64,000 bases of DNA from Fimbriimonadia bacterium (GTDB taxonomy: Bacteria; Armatimonadota; Fimbriimonadia; Fimbriimonadales; JABRVX01), in assembly GCA_041483895.1 (NCBI GenBank), contig JBGPGO010000003.1, forward strand, positions 96,001 to 160,000, written 5' to 3'. Numbering within the stretch: the stretch's first letter is position 1; every line of letters begins with the position of its first letter. The translations under genes and the position numbers were made by a program. Below the pieces are notes generated by a model. It was given only the letters and a program-made list of their open reading frames with translations, did not search any database and was not told the origin of the DNA. Shown piece after piece: positions 7,934 to 17,998 of this stretch.

Positions 7934-10567
7934 GTGCCCCAATTCAGCAAGTTCATCGTGTTCGTCATCGCGTCTGTAGCGCTCCTGGCTGCATCCCCCG
8001 CTCAGCGGCCCAACCCGAGGCCGGACCAAGGAGGAGGACCTCCCGCTTCCCGTCCAGGCGACCAAAAGCCCAAGCCGCCGGAGCCACCAAAGGATCGGCC
8101 GTTCGATGAAGTGATCAAGGACTACGAGAAGATAGAAGGCCAATTCACCCTCTATCGCAAGAAGAATCAGGTTTTCATGGAGGTCATGCCGAGCCAAGTA
8201 GGGCCGAATTTCCTTCTCCAGGCGACGCGAAGCACAGGCGCGGGAGACGGTGTGGTGGTGGCCGGCGACCCTATCAGCGACACTCTGTTCCATTTTGAGA
8301 AGCAGGACGACAGCCTCTACCTCCGCAGCCCGCAGTTCAAATTCAGGGGCCCGCATGGCACCCCGATAGAAAAAGCTATCGGACGCTCCTTCCCGGATGC
8401 AATCTTGTCCTCGATCAAAATCGAAGCCACACATCCGGAGCGCAAGAGTTATCTGATAGATGTCTCGCCGATGTTCATGGGCGATTTCGCGCAGATCAAC
8501 GCTTCCGTCGCGGGACTCGGTCCTCTCGTCCCGGACATGCAAAAGACGCGCATCGAAAAGATCAAGAACTTTCCGACCAACACGGTGGTCGAGACCGCCT
8601 ATCACTTCATGGCAGGCGGGCGCGGGCAGGCGCCACCCGGTTCCAGCGGCTTTGGCGGAGGAGCGGACTCGTTGGCCGACAGCCGCAGCTTCCCGATGAA
8701 AGTGGTCTTCAACCTTTTCAAACTTCCGGACAACAATTATATGCCCCGAATCGAAGACGACCGCGTCGGCTACTTCACCGTCGATTTCAAGGACTTCAGC
8801 GACGTTTCGAAGCGGGACATGAACAAGAGCTACATCCTCCGGTGGGATATGCGAAAAAAGGACCCGAAGGCAGACATGTCCCCGCCCGCCGAACCGATTG
8901 TGTTCTGGCTAGATAACGCGATACCGCTCGAATATAGGGATGCGGTGAAGAACGGCATCCTGTGGTGGAACAAAGCGTACGAAAAGATCGGCATCAAAGA
9001 TGCCATCGTGGTAAACCAGATGCCGGACAACGCGGATTGGGACACCGCCGACATGCGATACAACAAGATCCTTTGGGTGGAGTCGGAAGGCAGCCCTTAT
9101 GCGGTGGCGCAGTTTAGAAACAATCCGATCACCGGCCAGATACTCAACGCCGACATCACGATTGACGGCAGCTACGTGCAGGCGACGCTGCAGGAGTTCG
9201 CCAACTACGTGGTCCCCAACGCGGAACAAGAGACGCTGCCGAACGGCTACAACCGATGCGGCATGGGCGCGGAGAAGGTGCGGCAAGCCGAATTCGGGCT
9301 GTTGGCAATGGACCTATTGGCAGGCGCGCGAAAAGATATCAGTCACGAGCAGTTTATGAATGCGTTCCTTTCCGACACGATAGCGCACGAAATGGGGCAT
9401 GTGCTCGGTCTGCGGCACAATTTCATCGCGAGCACGGAGCTGGACGCGAAACAGCTCGCCGATCCGGCCGTGACCCGGGAGCGCGGCGTGGTCGCCTCCA
9501 TCATGGAATATGACCCGATCAACGTGTTCGCGTTGAAAGGGACGGGCGATCTTTACACGACGACGATCGGCCCCTACGACTACTGGGCCATCCAATATGG
9601 ATACGCGCCAATGCAGAATCTGACGCCGGAAGGCGAGCTGCCGGAGCTGAAGAAGATCGCCTCCCGATGCAACGAGGCGGGGCTGGCCTACCAGTCGGAC
9701 GAAAATGCCGACCGCTGGGATCCGAAGGTCCGGCGCTGGGACCTCGGCCTGGAGCCGATGGACTATTACAAAGAGCGCGCGGTCCTCGGCAAAGAGATGC
9801 TGCAATCTGTGGATCAGCGATTGCCCAAGTATGGGGAAGGCTACAAGGAGTTGGCGTTTGCCTATCTGGGAATTACCGGTGACTACTTCGGTTCGATGGG
9901 AGCCGTGGCGCGCGAGATTGGGGGCCTGAATGCGAACCGCAACCATAAAGGCGATTCCGACGAAAAGGACCCGCTCATTCCGGTATCCGCCGAGAAGCAG
10001 CGAGAGGCGCTCAAGACGATACTCGACGGTGTGTTTCGCGAAAACTCGATCACGGTCCGCACGGACCTGCTGACCAAGATCGCGCCAGAATTTCCGCACG
10101 ATATCATCGCGCTGATAATGGGCGCGAGCGACGAGTTTCCGGCCAAGGACCTGTTGCTGTCTCCGCAGACTTCACTGATGCGGCGGCTGTTCAGCGGGCC
10201 GACCCTGAAGCGTGTACTTAACAATGAGTTCAAGACGCCGAAGGATCCGTTCACGCTGCCGGAAATCTTCGACGGTTTTGACGGCGCTGTGTGGACGGAG
10301 GCGGTGGCGGGCAAGAACGTGTCCATGCTGCGACGTGGCCTGCAGCGGGCCTACGTGGATATGATGATCGATCTGTCCAATGCAAAGAGCGATATGCCGG
10401 ACGATGCGAAGGCGCTGGCGTGGGACGATCTGAAGAAGATCAAGTCCCGCCTGACGACCGCGCTCGCGAATCCAGCCAAGTACGACACCTACACGCGCGT
10501 GCACTTCGAACAGGCCCTGGCCCGCGTCACCAAAGCCCTCGACGCGCAGTTCGTGACGGGAGGGTAG
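7934..10567 (+). CDS. Secreted zinc-dependent metalloprotease (Met-zincin, DUF5117/DUF4953 type)
   Basis: Signal peptide, HEMGHVLGLRHNF zinc motif, SIMEY Met-turn, GPYDYWAIQYGY; AGGAGG SD. Confidence 0.9.
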   Translation: MPQFSKFIVFVIASVALLAASPAQRPNPRPDQGGGPPASRPGDQKPKPPEPPKDRPFDEVIKDYEKIEGQFTLYRKKNQVFMEVMPSQVGPNFLLQATRSTGAGDGVVVAGDPISDTLFHFEKQDDSLYLRSPQFKFRGPHGTPIEKAIGRSFPDAILSSIKIEATHPERKSYLIDVSPMFMGDFAQINASVAGLGPLVPDMQKTRIEKIKNFPTNTVVETAYHFMAGGRGQAPPGSSGFGGGADSLADSRSFPMKVVFNLFKLPDNNYMPRIEDDRVGYFTVDFKDFSDVSKRDMNKSYILRWDMRKKDPKADMSPPAEPIVFWLDNAIPLEYRDAVKNGILWWNKAYEKIGIKDAIVVNQMPDNADWDTADMRYNKILWVESEGSPYAVAQFRNNPITGQILNADITIDGSYVQATLQEFANYVVPNAEQETLPNGYNRCGMGAEKVRQAEFGLLAMDLLAGARKDISHEQFMNAFLSDTIAHEMGHVLGLRHNFIASTELDAKQLADPAVTRERGVVASIMEYDPINVFALKGTGDLYTTTIGPYDYWAIQYGYAPMQNLTPEGELPELKKIASRCNEAGLAYQSDENADRWDPKVRRWDLGLEPMDYYKERAVLGKEMLQSVDQRLPKYGEGYKELAFAYLGITGDYFGSMGAVAREIGGLNANRNHKGDSDEKDPLIPVSAEKQREALKTILDGVFRENSITVRTDLLTKIAPEFPHDIIALIMGASDEFPAKDLLLSPQTSLMRRLFSGPTLKRVLNNEFKTPKDPFTLPEIFDGFDGAVWTEAVAGKNVSMLRRGLQRAYVDMMIDLSNAKSDMPDDAKALAWDDLKKIKSRLTTALANPAKYDTYTRVHFEQALARVTKALDAQFVTGG

Positions 10568-10598
10568 TCAACGACTTTGTCAGTCGGCGAGCATATTT

Positions 10599-10630
10599 GT
10601 AGCCGTGGCTGCCTTCATAGGCAGGCCACG
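10599..10630 (+). repeat. GTAG-headed REP-like palindrome
   Basis: gtagc-cgtggc-tgccttcataggcag-gccacg; shares its head with the elements at 17428 and 42210. Confidence 0.45.
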
Positions 10631-10781
10631 TCCACGGGCTTCGAGAGTCTGGGGAAGTGCCGCTGGAACCGACGACGCAGGTCATTGGCGTGGAAGTCGC
10701 CACTTCGCCGAGGGGCACGGCCGGGAGACCGGATAGAGATTGGCGCGTGGCGAGACACCACGGCGCATCGGATGGGGCGAC

Positions 10782-11144
10782 CTAGTTGTGGGACTTTTCC
10801 AGGTTCTCGTAAGCTCGCTTGAGGCGCTTGACCAACAGCCAAGTCCTAGCGACCACTAGGGCAGTGATTATAAGGGCGACACCGCCGACAATCAACGAGA
10901 AAGTCCGGAGGGCAAGTGATCCGCTATCGTAAGTGATGCGTGCGGCTGCGGCGATCCCTGGCATGAGAGCGATCCAGATGGCTGTAATTGTCCAATCAGA
11001 CACTCGCCTCGCCAGGGAAGTTAGTTCGTCCTCGGATATTCGCGCGGGAGTAGACCGTAGACCGACCGCAAGTTCCTTCAGAATCATTAACGCGGCACAC
11101 ATCGCGCATAGCGCCCCAGCAAGCAGACAAACCCAGTAGAACAT
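10782..11144 (-). CDS. Hypothetical membrane protein (~3 TM)
   Basis: Hydrophobic segments; AGGAG SD upstream; lower GC. Confidence 0.55.
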   Translation of the reverse strand: MFYWVCLLAGALCAMCAALMILKELAVGLRSTPARISEDELTSLARRVSDWTITAIWIALMPGIAAAARITYDSGSLALRTFSLIVGGVALIITALVVARTWLLVKRLKRAYENLEKSHN

Positions 11145-11203
11145 GGCATACTCCTAACGGTGTGCTCTGACAAACACCACGACGTATCTATGCGCTAGGT
11201 GCT

Positions 11204-11440
11204 TCATTTGTTTCGCGTGATCAGAAGTTGTATTAAGACAACTGTTATCCCCATTGATATCGCCAAGCCAGTCAACAAGTTCGCCCAGCGCATGCCCAAT
11301 TCGGTTGTGGCTTCGACTGACAGCTGAAGGTTTCGGGAGCGATTTAGATGTCGCATCAACCATGGAAAGAACCGTGATGCTGCTAGACGGACGATCCAGA
11401 CAATCACCGCCCAAACTATCACAAATAATACTACATCCAT
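11204..11440 (-). CDS. Small hypothetical membrane protein (2 TM)
   Basis: Two hydrophobic helices; AT-richer than the surroundings. Confidence 0.45.
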   Translation of the reverse strand: MDVVLFVIVWAVIVWIVRLAASRFFPWLMRHLNRSRNLQLSVEATTELGMRWANLLTGLAISMGITVVLIQLLITRNK

Positions 11441-11509
11441 TTCATACGCTCAGTTTCTGTTTTATTGTTTTTCATCCCTTCACAGTCGCACTGCGAAGGG
11501 GCCGTGACG

Positions 11510-12610
11510 CTAACCTTCCAACTCCGCCATAAAGTCCGGGAAGTAGTGGCGGCTGTCCCATGGGCCAGGGGCGGCCTCGGGGTGGTACTGGATGCACAGG
11601 AGCCGCAACTCACGATGGCGGAACCCTTCCACCGAGCCGTCCGTTACATGTTCCTCCGTGATCTCCGCGCCGGCCCCCGATAGGCTGTCCGCCACCACCG
11701 CATAGCCATGATTTTGCGATGTGATGTTTACGCAGCCGGTCTCCAATATCCGCACAGGATGGTTGCTGCCATGATGCCCGAACTTCAGCTTCTCTGTCCG
11801 CCCGCCCAGCGCGATCGCGGACAACTGATGCCCGAGGCAAATTCCCAAGATCGGTTTCTTTCCCATCAGGCCCTGCACAGTTTTCACGATGGACGAGAGC
11901 CGCTCCGGATCGCCCGGCCCGGGGGACAACACGATGCCGTCGGCGGGCAGCGAAAGGATCTCCTCGGCGGATGTGTCGCAGGGCATCACAAGCGATCGAC
12001 ACCTGGCGGCGGCCAACCGGCGAAGGATATTGAACTTGGTCCCGCAATCCAGAACCACCACCCGCCGCTTGCTATCCCCGCCATACGGCTCAAACGGCTC
12101 CCGCCCGTCCCGATCCCATACGAACGGCTCGTCGGTCGAGACCTCGCTCACATAGTCCTGCTCGCCATAATCTCTCTCGCCGCGAAGCCGCGCCAGCGCC
12201 TGTTCTACCGTCTCGTCGGAGGTGATGGTGGCCATCATCGCCCCGCCCTCTCGAATGCGGCAAGTCACCGCCCGCGTGTCCACACCCTGGATCGCCACCA
12301 CGCCCTGGTCTGCCAAATACTGTGGCAGCGTCCATCGCGAGCGCCAGTTCGACGGCTCCCCGCACGCCTGATGAACAACAATGCCACGCGGCCGCACGGC
12401 AACGCTTTCGAAATCATCTTCATTGATTCCGTAGTTGCCAATAAGGGGATAGGTGAAGACCACGATCTGTCCGGCATAGCTGGGGTCGGTCAGGACCTCT
12501 TGATAGCCGGTCATCGCGGTAACGAATACGATCTCGCCGGTCGTCCGCCCGGCCACTCCGAGGGACTCTCCGGCGAACGCCTCGCCGGATTCCAGCACCA
12601 AAAGGCTCAT
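11510..12610 (-). CDS. carA: Carbamoyl-phosphate synthase small subunit
   Basis: MTGYQEVLTDPSY, SPGPGDP, GICLGHQ, SQNHGY, QYHPEA; ATG at 12610 overlaps the pyrC stop. Confidence 0.97.
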   Translation of the reverse strand: MSLLVLESGEAFAGESLGVAGRTTGEIVFVTAMTGYQEVLTDPSYAGQIVVFTYPLIGNYGINEDDFESVAVRPRGIVVHQACGEPSNWRSRWTLPQYLADQGVVAIQGVDTRAVTCRIREGGAMMATITSDETVEQALARLRGERDYGEQDYVSEVSTDEPFVWDRDGREPFEPYGGDSKRRVVVLDCGTKFNILRRLAAARCRSLVMPCDTSAEEILSLPADGIVLSPGPGDPERLSSIVKTVQGLMGKKPILGICLGHQLSAIALGGRTEKLKFGHHGSNHPVRILETGCVNITSQNHGYAVVADSLSGAGAEITEEHVTDGSVEGFRHRELRLLCIQYHPEAAPGPWDSRHYFPDFMAELEG

Positions 12611-13923
12611 TTTGCCTTCACGCGCTTGTCCATCACGGTGTCGCGATACACCTCGCCTCCGCAGAAGGTCATCACGGCCTTGCCTTTCAGCGCCCATCCG
12701 TTAAATGGGCTGTTGCGGCTTTTGGAGAAGGTCTTTCGCACGTCGAAGGTCCATTCGAGATCGGGATCGATCAGGGTGACCTGCGCCCACGGCACCTCAC
12801 CGGGTTTCAACGTTCCACCGGCAAGAGAAAACGCCGACGCTGGGCTTGTGCTCATGGCTTTTATCGTCGCGAGCGGCGAGAGGATGCCCTTATGCGTTAT
12901 CTGCGTGAGAATAATTCCCACCGCGCTCTCCAACCCGACGATTCCGAACGGCGCTTCCGCAAACGGGAGCTGCTTTTCGTGTATCGCGTGCGGAGCGTGG
13001 TCCGTTGCAATGCAATCGATGACGCCGTCCGCCAATGCCTGACGCAATGCCTCGACATCCTGCTGCGTCCGCAGCGGCGGGTTCATTTTGCAGTTCGTGT
13101 TGAAGCCGTCCACCGCCTCATCCGTCAATGCCAAATGATGGGGGCTGACCTCCGCCGTAACCGGCGCGCCCAGCTGCTTGGCTTTGCTGATCGTCTCCAC
13201 GGCTCCCCAGGTGCTCACATGCAAAATGTGCAGCCGGCAGCCGGACGAAATGCTTAGGATACAGTTGCGAGCAACCTGGATGTCCTCAGCGGTGCGCGGC
13301 ATCCCCTTCAGCCCCAATATCGCGCTCATCGATCCTTCGTTGAGACTGCCGGCCTTGGTCATCGAGGTCTCTTCGCAATGGGTGGCGATGGGCAGGTCCA
13401 GCATCTTGCAATACACCATCGCCTGCATCATCGTTTGACTGTTCTGGATCGGGAATGCGTCGTCGGTCACCGCCACAACCCCGGCGTCCTTCATCGAGGC
13501 AATTTCGGCAATCTGATCGCCGCACATGTTCTTGGTGAGCGCGCCGAGCGGATGCACGAAGATGCCGCCGCTTTCCGTGTTTGCCGCGCGGGCTAGGACA
13601 TATTCGATCATCGCGCGATTGTCCAGGGGCGGATCGGTGTTCGGCATGCAGCAGATGGTGGTGAACCCACCGGCCGCCGCCGCCTGTGTACCCGTCGAAA
13701 TCGTTTCTTTATATTCGTGGCCGGGTTCACGCAGATGGGTGTGCAGATCGATGAGTCCGGGGCATACCCACAGACCGGTGCAGTCGATCACCGTGTCAAC
13801 GGAATCTTCGGAGACCGAGGTGAGCAGTTCTGAAATCTGATCCGCCACAATCAGCAGGTCGCCGACCTGATCGAGATTTTGAGACGGGTCGAGAATTCTG
13901 CCGCCCTTTAGCAGCACTCTCAT
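12607..13923 (-). CDS. pyrC: Dihydroorotase
   Basis: DLHTHLREPG, MPNTDP, KMNPPLR, ATDHAPH. Confidence 0.96.
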   Translation of the reverse strand: MRVLLKGGRILDPSQNLDQVGDLLIVADQISELLTSVSEDSVDTVIDCTGLWVCPGLIDLHTHLREPGHEYKETISTGTQAAAAGGFTTICCMPNTDPPLDNRAMIEYVLARAANTESGGIFVHPLGALTKNMCGDQIAEIASMKDAGVVAVTDDAFPIQNSQTMMQAMVYCKMLDLPIATHCEETSMTKAGSLNEGSMSAILGLKGMPRTAEDIQVARNCILSISSGCRLHILHVSTWGAVETISKAKQLGAPVTAEVSPHHLALTDEAVDGFNTNCKMNPPLRTQQDVEALRQALADGVIDCIATDHAPHAIHEKQLPFAEAPFGIVGLESAVGIILTQITHKGILSPLATIKAMSTSPASAFSLAGGTLKPGEVPWAQVTLIDPDLEWTFDVRKTFSKSRNSPFNGWALKGKAVMTFCGGEVYRDTVMDKRVKAK

Positions 13924-14831
13924 GCGTCCCCCCGCAGCTCTTCGAATTCGCGCGCCAGTACGGCCATGCGCACATACACCCCGTTTTCCACTTGCTCATG
14001 AATAGTCGAATTCTGGAAGTCGGCGGCGAAGTTATCCAGCTCCACGCCCCGATTCATTGGTCCCGGATGCATCACGAGCGCGTCCTCTTTTGCGAAGGTC
14101 AAGGATGTCCGATTGATTTGAAAATGATCGATATATTCCGCGATACTGCCGAGGTCCTGGCCGTTGATCCGTTCCCGCTGTATGCGCAGGGCCATCACCA
14201 CGTCGGCATCGGCCAGACCAGCGGCCAAGTTGTCGTACACTTCCACGGGAAAAGCGCTGGGGTCTTTGGGCAGCATCGTCGCGGGCGCCACAAACCTGAC
14301 ACGCGCTCCCATCTTGGTCAAGCACCAAGCATTGGATCGCGCGACGCGGCTATGGATGATATCTCCGACGATGGCGATGGTAAGCCCGTCCGCTTTGCTC
14401 TTTCGTGACAAAATCGTCATGAGGTCTGCGAGGGCTTGGGTGGGATGTTCGTGGCACCCGTCCCCGGCGTTCACGATTGAGCCATTGAACACCTCCGCTG
14501 CCTGGTGCGGCGCTCCGGCTTCAAAATGCCGGATTACGAGGCAATCAACCCCTTCATGATCGAGCGTCATCACCGTATCTCGGAAGGACTCCCCTTTGGG
14601 CACCGAGCTGGTTGCGGGAGCGATGTAGGTACAGGACATGCCAAGCTTCCGGGCCGCGCGTTCGAACGACATTCGGGTTCTCGTGCTTCCTTCGAAAAAC
14701 AGCAGGCAGACCGCGCCATCGATTTGCGGAACCGGCTCACCGTTGCTGGCCGCGTGACGGTACTTCGTCGCCAAATCCATAATTGCCTGAATGTCCTGGC
14801 GGGGAAGGTGCCGCGTGCCGAGCATACTCAT
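13920..14831 (-). CDS. pyrB: Aspartate carbamoyltransferase catalytic subunit
   Basis: FFEGSTRT, NAGDG.HEHPTQAL, HSRVARSN, MHPGP.NRGVE. Confidence 0.96.
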   Translation of the reverse strand: MSMLGTRHLPRQDIQAIMDLATKYRHAASNGEPVPQIDGAVCLLFFEGSTRTRMSFERAARKLGMSCTYIAPATSSVPKGESFRDTVMTLDHEGVDCLVIRHFEAGAPHQAAEVFNGSIVNAGDGCHEHPTQALADLMTILSRKSKADGLTIAIVGDIIHSRVARSNAWCLTKMGARVRFVAPATMLPKDPSAFPVEVYDNLAAGLADADVVMALRIQRERINGQDLGSIAEYIDHFQINRTSLTFAKEDALVMHPGPMNRGVELDNFAADFQNSTIHEQVENGVYVRMAVLAREFEELRGDA

Positions 14832-15370
14832 ACTTTAAGCTCTCTCTTCTTCACTACCACCCCATCGCGGCCGTCCAACTCCTGCAGTTCCACCAAAACG
14901 AAGTCATCCGGTTCGGTGGCGATCGTCCGGCCGGTGTAATCAGGATGAATGGGCAGCTCGCGGTGCCCTCGGTCGACCAGCGCGACCAGCTGAACGGATG
15001 CGGGCCGTCCGTGGACGATGAGGCTGTCCATGGCCGCCCGGATGGTACGTCCCGTGTAGATCACTTCATCCACCAAAATAACTTTCCGTCCCGCGATCTC
15101 GAACGGTATCTCGCTCTCGTCCTTCGCGGTCAGGTCTTGCAGGCGATCATCCCGATAGGGCCGGGGGTCGATGGTCCCGACCGGTATCGCGCCCCCTTCA
15201 ATCTTCGCCAGCTCAAATGCGAGGCGCTTGGCTACGGGCGCTCCCCGGCGCAGGATGCCGATGACCACCATGTCCTTGGAGCCACGATTGCGCTCGAGCA
15301 CCTCATGGGCGATTCGGGAGATCGTCCGTCGCAGATCATCGGCGGTCATGGCGGCGCCTTCTGCGCTCAC
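14828..15370 (-). CDS. pyrR: Pyrimidine regulatory protein / uracil phosphoribosyltransferase
   Basis: RIAHEVLERN, YRDD, VDEVIYTGRT, DRGHRELPI. Confidence 0.93.
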   Translation of the reverse strand: MSAEGAAMTADDLRRTISRIAHEVLERNRGSKDMVVIGILRRGAPVAKRLAFELAKIEGGAIPVGTIDPRPYRDDRLQDLTAKDESEIPFEIAGRKVILVDEVIYTGRTIRAAMDSLIVHGRPASVQLVALVDRGHRELPIHPDYTGRTIATEPDDFVLVELQELDGRDGVVVKKRELKV

Positions 15371-15534
15371 AGACAGGCCAGGGCGCGCCGATCGAATTGT
15401 TGTGGGATGTGCGCCATACGTTAGCTGGAAGTATACTCAATCCCGCAATTCCCCCACACGCTCGCGCAGGGAAAGAAAAACATGCCATAATCATCGTTCG
15501 CGCGAAATGCAGAAAGCCCCGGAGGAAAGTTAGC

Positions 15535-17361
15535 TTGGCTACAACCGTACCGGCAGCCAGTCCGGCCGAAGCCCTCGGCCGCGACTATGCCGACAGACTG
15601 ATTTTGACCGCCATCAGCGAGCTGGGTGGGGTTGCCCGTGTCAGCGACATCGCGGAGCATCTGCCGGGCAGCGGCTTGGACGCCACGACAATCCATACAC
15701 TGATGGCGACGAACCCGACCCGGTTCGCCTACCACGATCGCCGATGGAGCGCGGCGATCGGAACCCCGGAACCGAACACGGCGGTCGCGACGGCGGCGCT
15801 GGGACTAATCCGAGGATATGGCGCGCCCATGTCCGTCGCTCAGCTTGCCATCGAGTTGGGAAACCATTACAATCGAATTCCCGAACACTTCGAGGAGATG
15901 CTGCCACGCCTCGTTAAATCCGATCCCAATCTGCTTCTTTCATCGGACAACCATGTGGGTCTCGCCGAGTGGCTCTTCATACCAGAGGGCTGGAACGATG
16001 ACGACAACCTGTTCTACAACAACCTGACGCGCGGCGAGATCGATGCCGTGAAAGACGCGGCGAAGGGCATCAATTGGAAGAAGGACGATGCGCCGCTGCT
16101 GTTCCTCCGCAAGGTGGGGCAACCCGTCCGCTCCACGATCATTGGGTACTTCGCCTGTCAAGCGCTCAATGCGCCGGACCCCTACGAGCCACAGCTCTAC
16201 GATCCTGTTGAGGTTTTTAACACGGTCAACAACTCCGGCGAATTCATTTTTGGCACGGACGGGCTTTGGCACCCTGCCACCGATACCAAGGACTGGCTGA
16301 AGGCAGCCGGCAAGCTGGCCCACAAGCTGGAGCCTAGCGTCGAGATCGAGGACACGCCGCCGCTCGAGGTCAAGTCGGCAGAGATCGACAAGATGGTCAA
16401 GATCATCTTGGGCAAGGTCACAGCCACCCGCGCCACCGATCTGCTCAAGCAGATGTATGATGTCGGCCTGGGCGACCGCAGCTATCCGGAAGACCTTCGG
16501 ACGGTTACCGATGGCTTGGAGGCGCGAGACGAGATCCTATGGGTCGGCGGAGAGCTGTTCCGCAAGCCTGGTTCGGAGCCGCCGTACGTCCACGAGGTGC
16601 CCGAGGCCCTTCAATACGAAGAGCACAAGTTCCTTGACGACGACGGCGAGATTATCGATTTGGAGCTTACTGTCGAGGCCTTCTCGTCCTCGCTTCGCAA
16701 GGAGCTCGGACACGCGCTGGTGCAGGACGTTTTGGATGACGAGCCCGGTCCGGTCCACAAGCACCTATCGGACGAGGTTCGGTGCGTGGTGAAGGCCCAC
16801 CACAAGGAGCTCGGCACCTTCCCGCTGGCGCAAATCCCAAACGGTTGGCTGCCGCTGGATCCGGAACTGCAGGAGCTGGTTCTGGAAGATACCAAGGGCC
16901 GGGAGCTGTCGGTCTGGGTGAACTTGGACATTCGGCTGATGTTCGGCATGTTGAATTGGTATATGGAGCAGGAGATCGAATCGGGCAGCGTGTTCGTGCT
17001 GCACAAGACCGATAGTCCATCGCGCCTGATGTTCCGATGGGCGGAGGAGCCGGACCCGCTCTGCTTCATATCTTCCCAGCGAATGGAGGATCTTCGGATT
17101 CTGCAGGAGCGCGTGGATGAAATGTCCACCTTCGAGATTTTGACGGAGATCATGAGCCACTACAACAAAGGGGCGGACCTGATCACGATTGTGACGGAAT
17201 GCAACGTGGTACGCCGCGCTCGGCGGAACCTGATCGCGTCGATTTTGACGGGATACCATTGTTTCTATCAGCGCGCTGGCTCTCCCGTCTGGCACTATGA
17301 TGCGAAGAAGGTAGTCCAAGGCGCCGATAAGTCAAAGAGGAAGTACGCTGTAAAGAAGTAA
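15535..17361 (+). CDS. Conserved hypothetical protein with several winged-helix-like repeats
   Basis: GGAGG SD then TTG at 15535; long ORF with typical codon usage; repeated helix + 'F/L...W' wing motifs. Confidence 0.75.
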   Translation: MATTVPAASPAEALGRDYADRLILTAISELGGVARVSDIAEHLPGSGLDATTIHTLMATNPTRFAYHDRRWSAAIGTPEPNTAVATAALGLIRGYGAPMSVAQLAIELGNHYNRIPEHFEEMLPRLVKSDPNLLLSSDNHVGLAEWLFIPEGWNDDDNLFYNNLTRGEIDAVKDAAKGINWKKDDAPLLFLRKVGQPVRSTIIGYFACQALNAPDPYEPQLYDPVEVFNTVNNSGEFIFGTDGLWHPATDTKDWLKAAGKLAHKLEPSVEIEDTPPLEVKSAEIDKMVKIILGKVTATRATDLLKQMYDVGLGDRSYPEDLRTVTDGLEARDEILWVGGELFRKPGSEPPYVHEVPEALQYEEHKFLDDDGEIIDLELTVEAFSSSLRKELGHALVQDVLDDEPGPVHKHLSDEVRCVVKAHHKELGTFPLAQIPNGWLPLDPELQELVLEDTKGRELSVWVNLDIRLMFGMLNWYMEQEIESGSVFVLHKTDSPSRLMFRWAEEPDPLCFISSQRMEDLRILQERVDEMSTFEILTEIMSHYNKGADLITIVTECNVVRRARRNLIASILTGYHCFYQRAGSPVWHYDAKKVVQGADKSKRKYAVKK

Positions 17362-17379
17362 CGCTGGCTTCCAGCCGGC
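17358..17379 (+). repeat. REP-like element (copy 1) containing the TAA stop of the upstream gene
   Basis: gtaacgctggcttccagccggc, the exact reverse complement of 42368-42389. Confidence 0.75.
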
Positions 17380-17388
17380 AGAGAATTT

Positions 17389-17427
17389 TTCATATCCCTC
17401 AACAATCACTTTGTTGAGGGATATGAA
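17389..17427. terminator. 17-bp perfect inverted repeat
   Basis: ttcatatccctcaacaa-tcact-ttgttgagggatatgaa. Confidence 0.55.
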
Positions 17428-17482
17428 GTAGCCGTGGGTCGGATTGGCAATAACTAGCACTTGGAGACCACCAAGACCCACG
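17428..17482 (+). repeat. GTAG REP-like element with variable core (copy 1)
   Basis: gtagccgtgggtcggattg...agacccacg; the 19-bp head is identical to that at 42210. Confidence 0.7.
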
Positions 17483-17498
17483 CAAATGAGGAGAATGA

Positions 17499-17765
17499 AT
17501 GGCAAATATCAAATCGATGAAGAAGGATATCAAGCGCAACGCCAAGCGGCACGATCGCAATACGGCGACCGTGTCGGCACTGAAGACCTACGTCAAAAAG
17601 GTGCGCGTCGCCGCCGCCGTCAAGGCTGATGATCTGGACGTGCGCATGAAAGAGGCCGTGAGCAAGATCGACAAGGCGCAGGAGCGCGGCATCATCCACA
17701 AAAACACCGCCGCCCGCAAGAAGTCCCGTCTGATGAAGCTCGTCAACAAGTCCACCACTTCGTAG
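17499..17765 (+). CDS. rpsT: 30S ribosomal protein S20
   Basis: MANIKS..K...IDKA..RGIIHKNTAARKKSRL. Confidence 0.97.
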   Translation: MANIKSMKKDIKRNAKRHDRNTATVSALKTYVKKVRVAAAVKADDLDVRMKEAVSKIDKAQERGIIHKNTAARKKSRLMKLVNKSTTS

Positions 17766-17773
17766 ACTTGATA

Positions 17774-17866
17774 TGTCATTCCGAAGCGGAGCGAGGAATC
17801 GCTTTCAGAAGCCCTCGAGCACCCCAACGTCTTGAGAGGGATTCCTCGCTTCGCTTCGGAATGACA
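17774..17866. repeat. REP/REPIN-like inverted pair (27-bp arms, 1 mismatch)
   Basis: tgtcattccgaagcggagcgaggaatc ... gattcctcgcttcgcttcggaatgaca. Confidence 0.75.
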
Positions 17867-17906
17867 GCCTTTCTCATCCCCTGAAGAGCATCGTCAAGCC
17901 CCCGAA

Positions 17907-17998
17907 GTGTTGGGGTTCGCGTTTAGCGACCACCGTGATGTGTTGGGGTTCACGTCCGCCGACTCTGAGCGACTACAGACCACCAAAGACCCCAACAC
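17907..17998. repeat. Degenerate REP-like cluster
   Basis: gtgttggggttc twice (17907, 17940) and an inverted accccaacac near 17989. Confidence 0.5.

Noticed and set aside
11708..13042. Long antisense ORFs (also 26860-28158, 52989-54281, 60385-61476)
   Set aside because: Shadow ORFs opposite well-supported genes, as expected in high-GC DNA
15371..15534. PyrR-binding attenuator upstream of pyrR
   Set aside because: I found no ARUCCNGNGAGGYU motif or terminator on the minus strand
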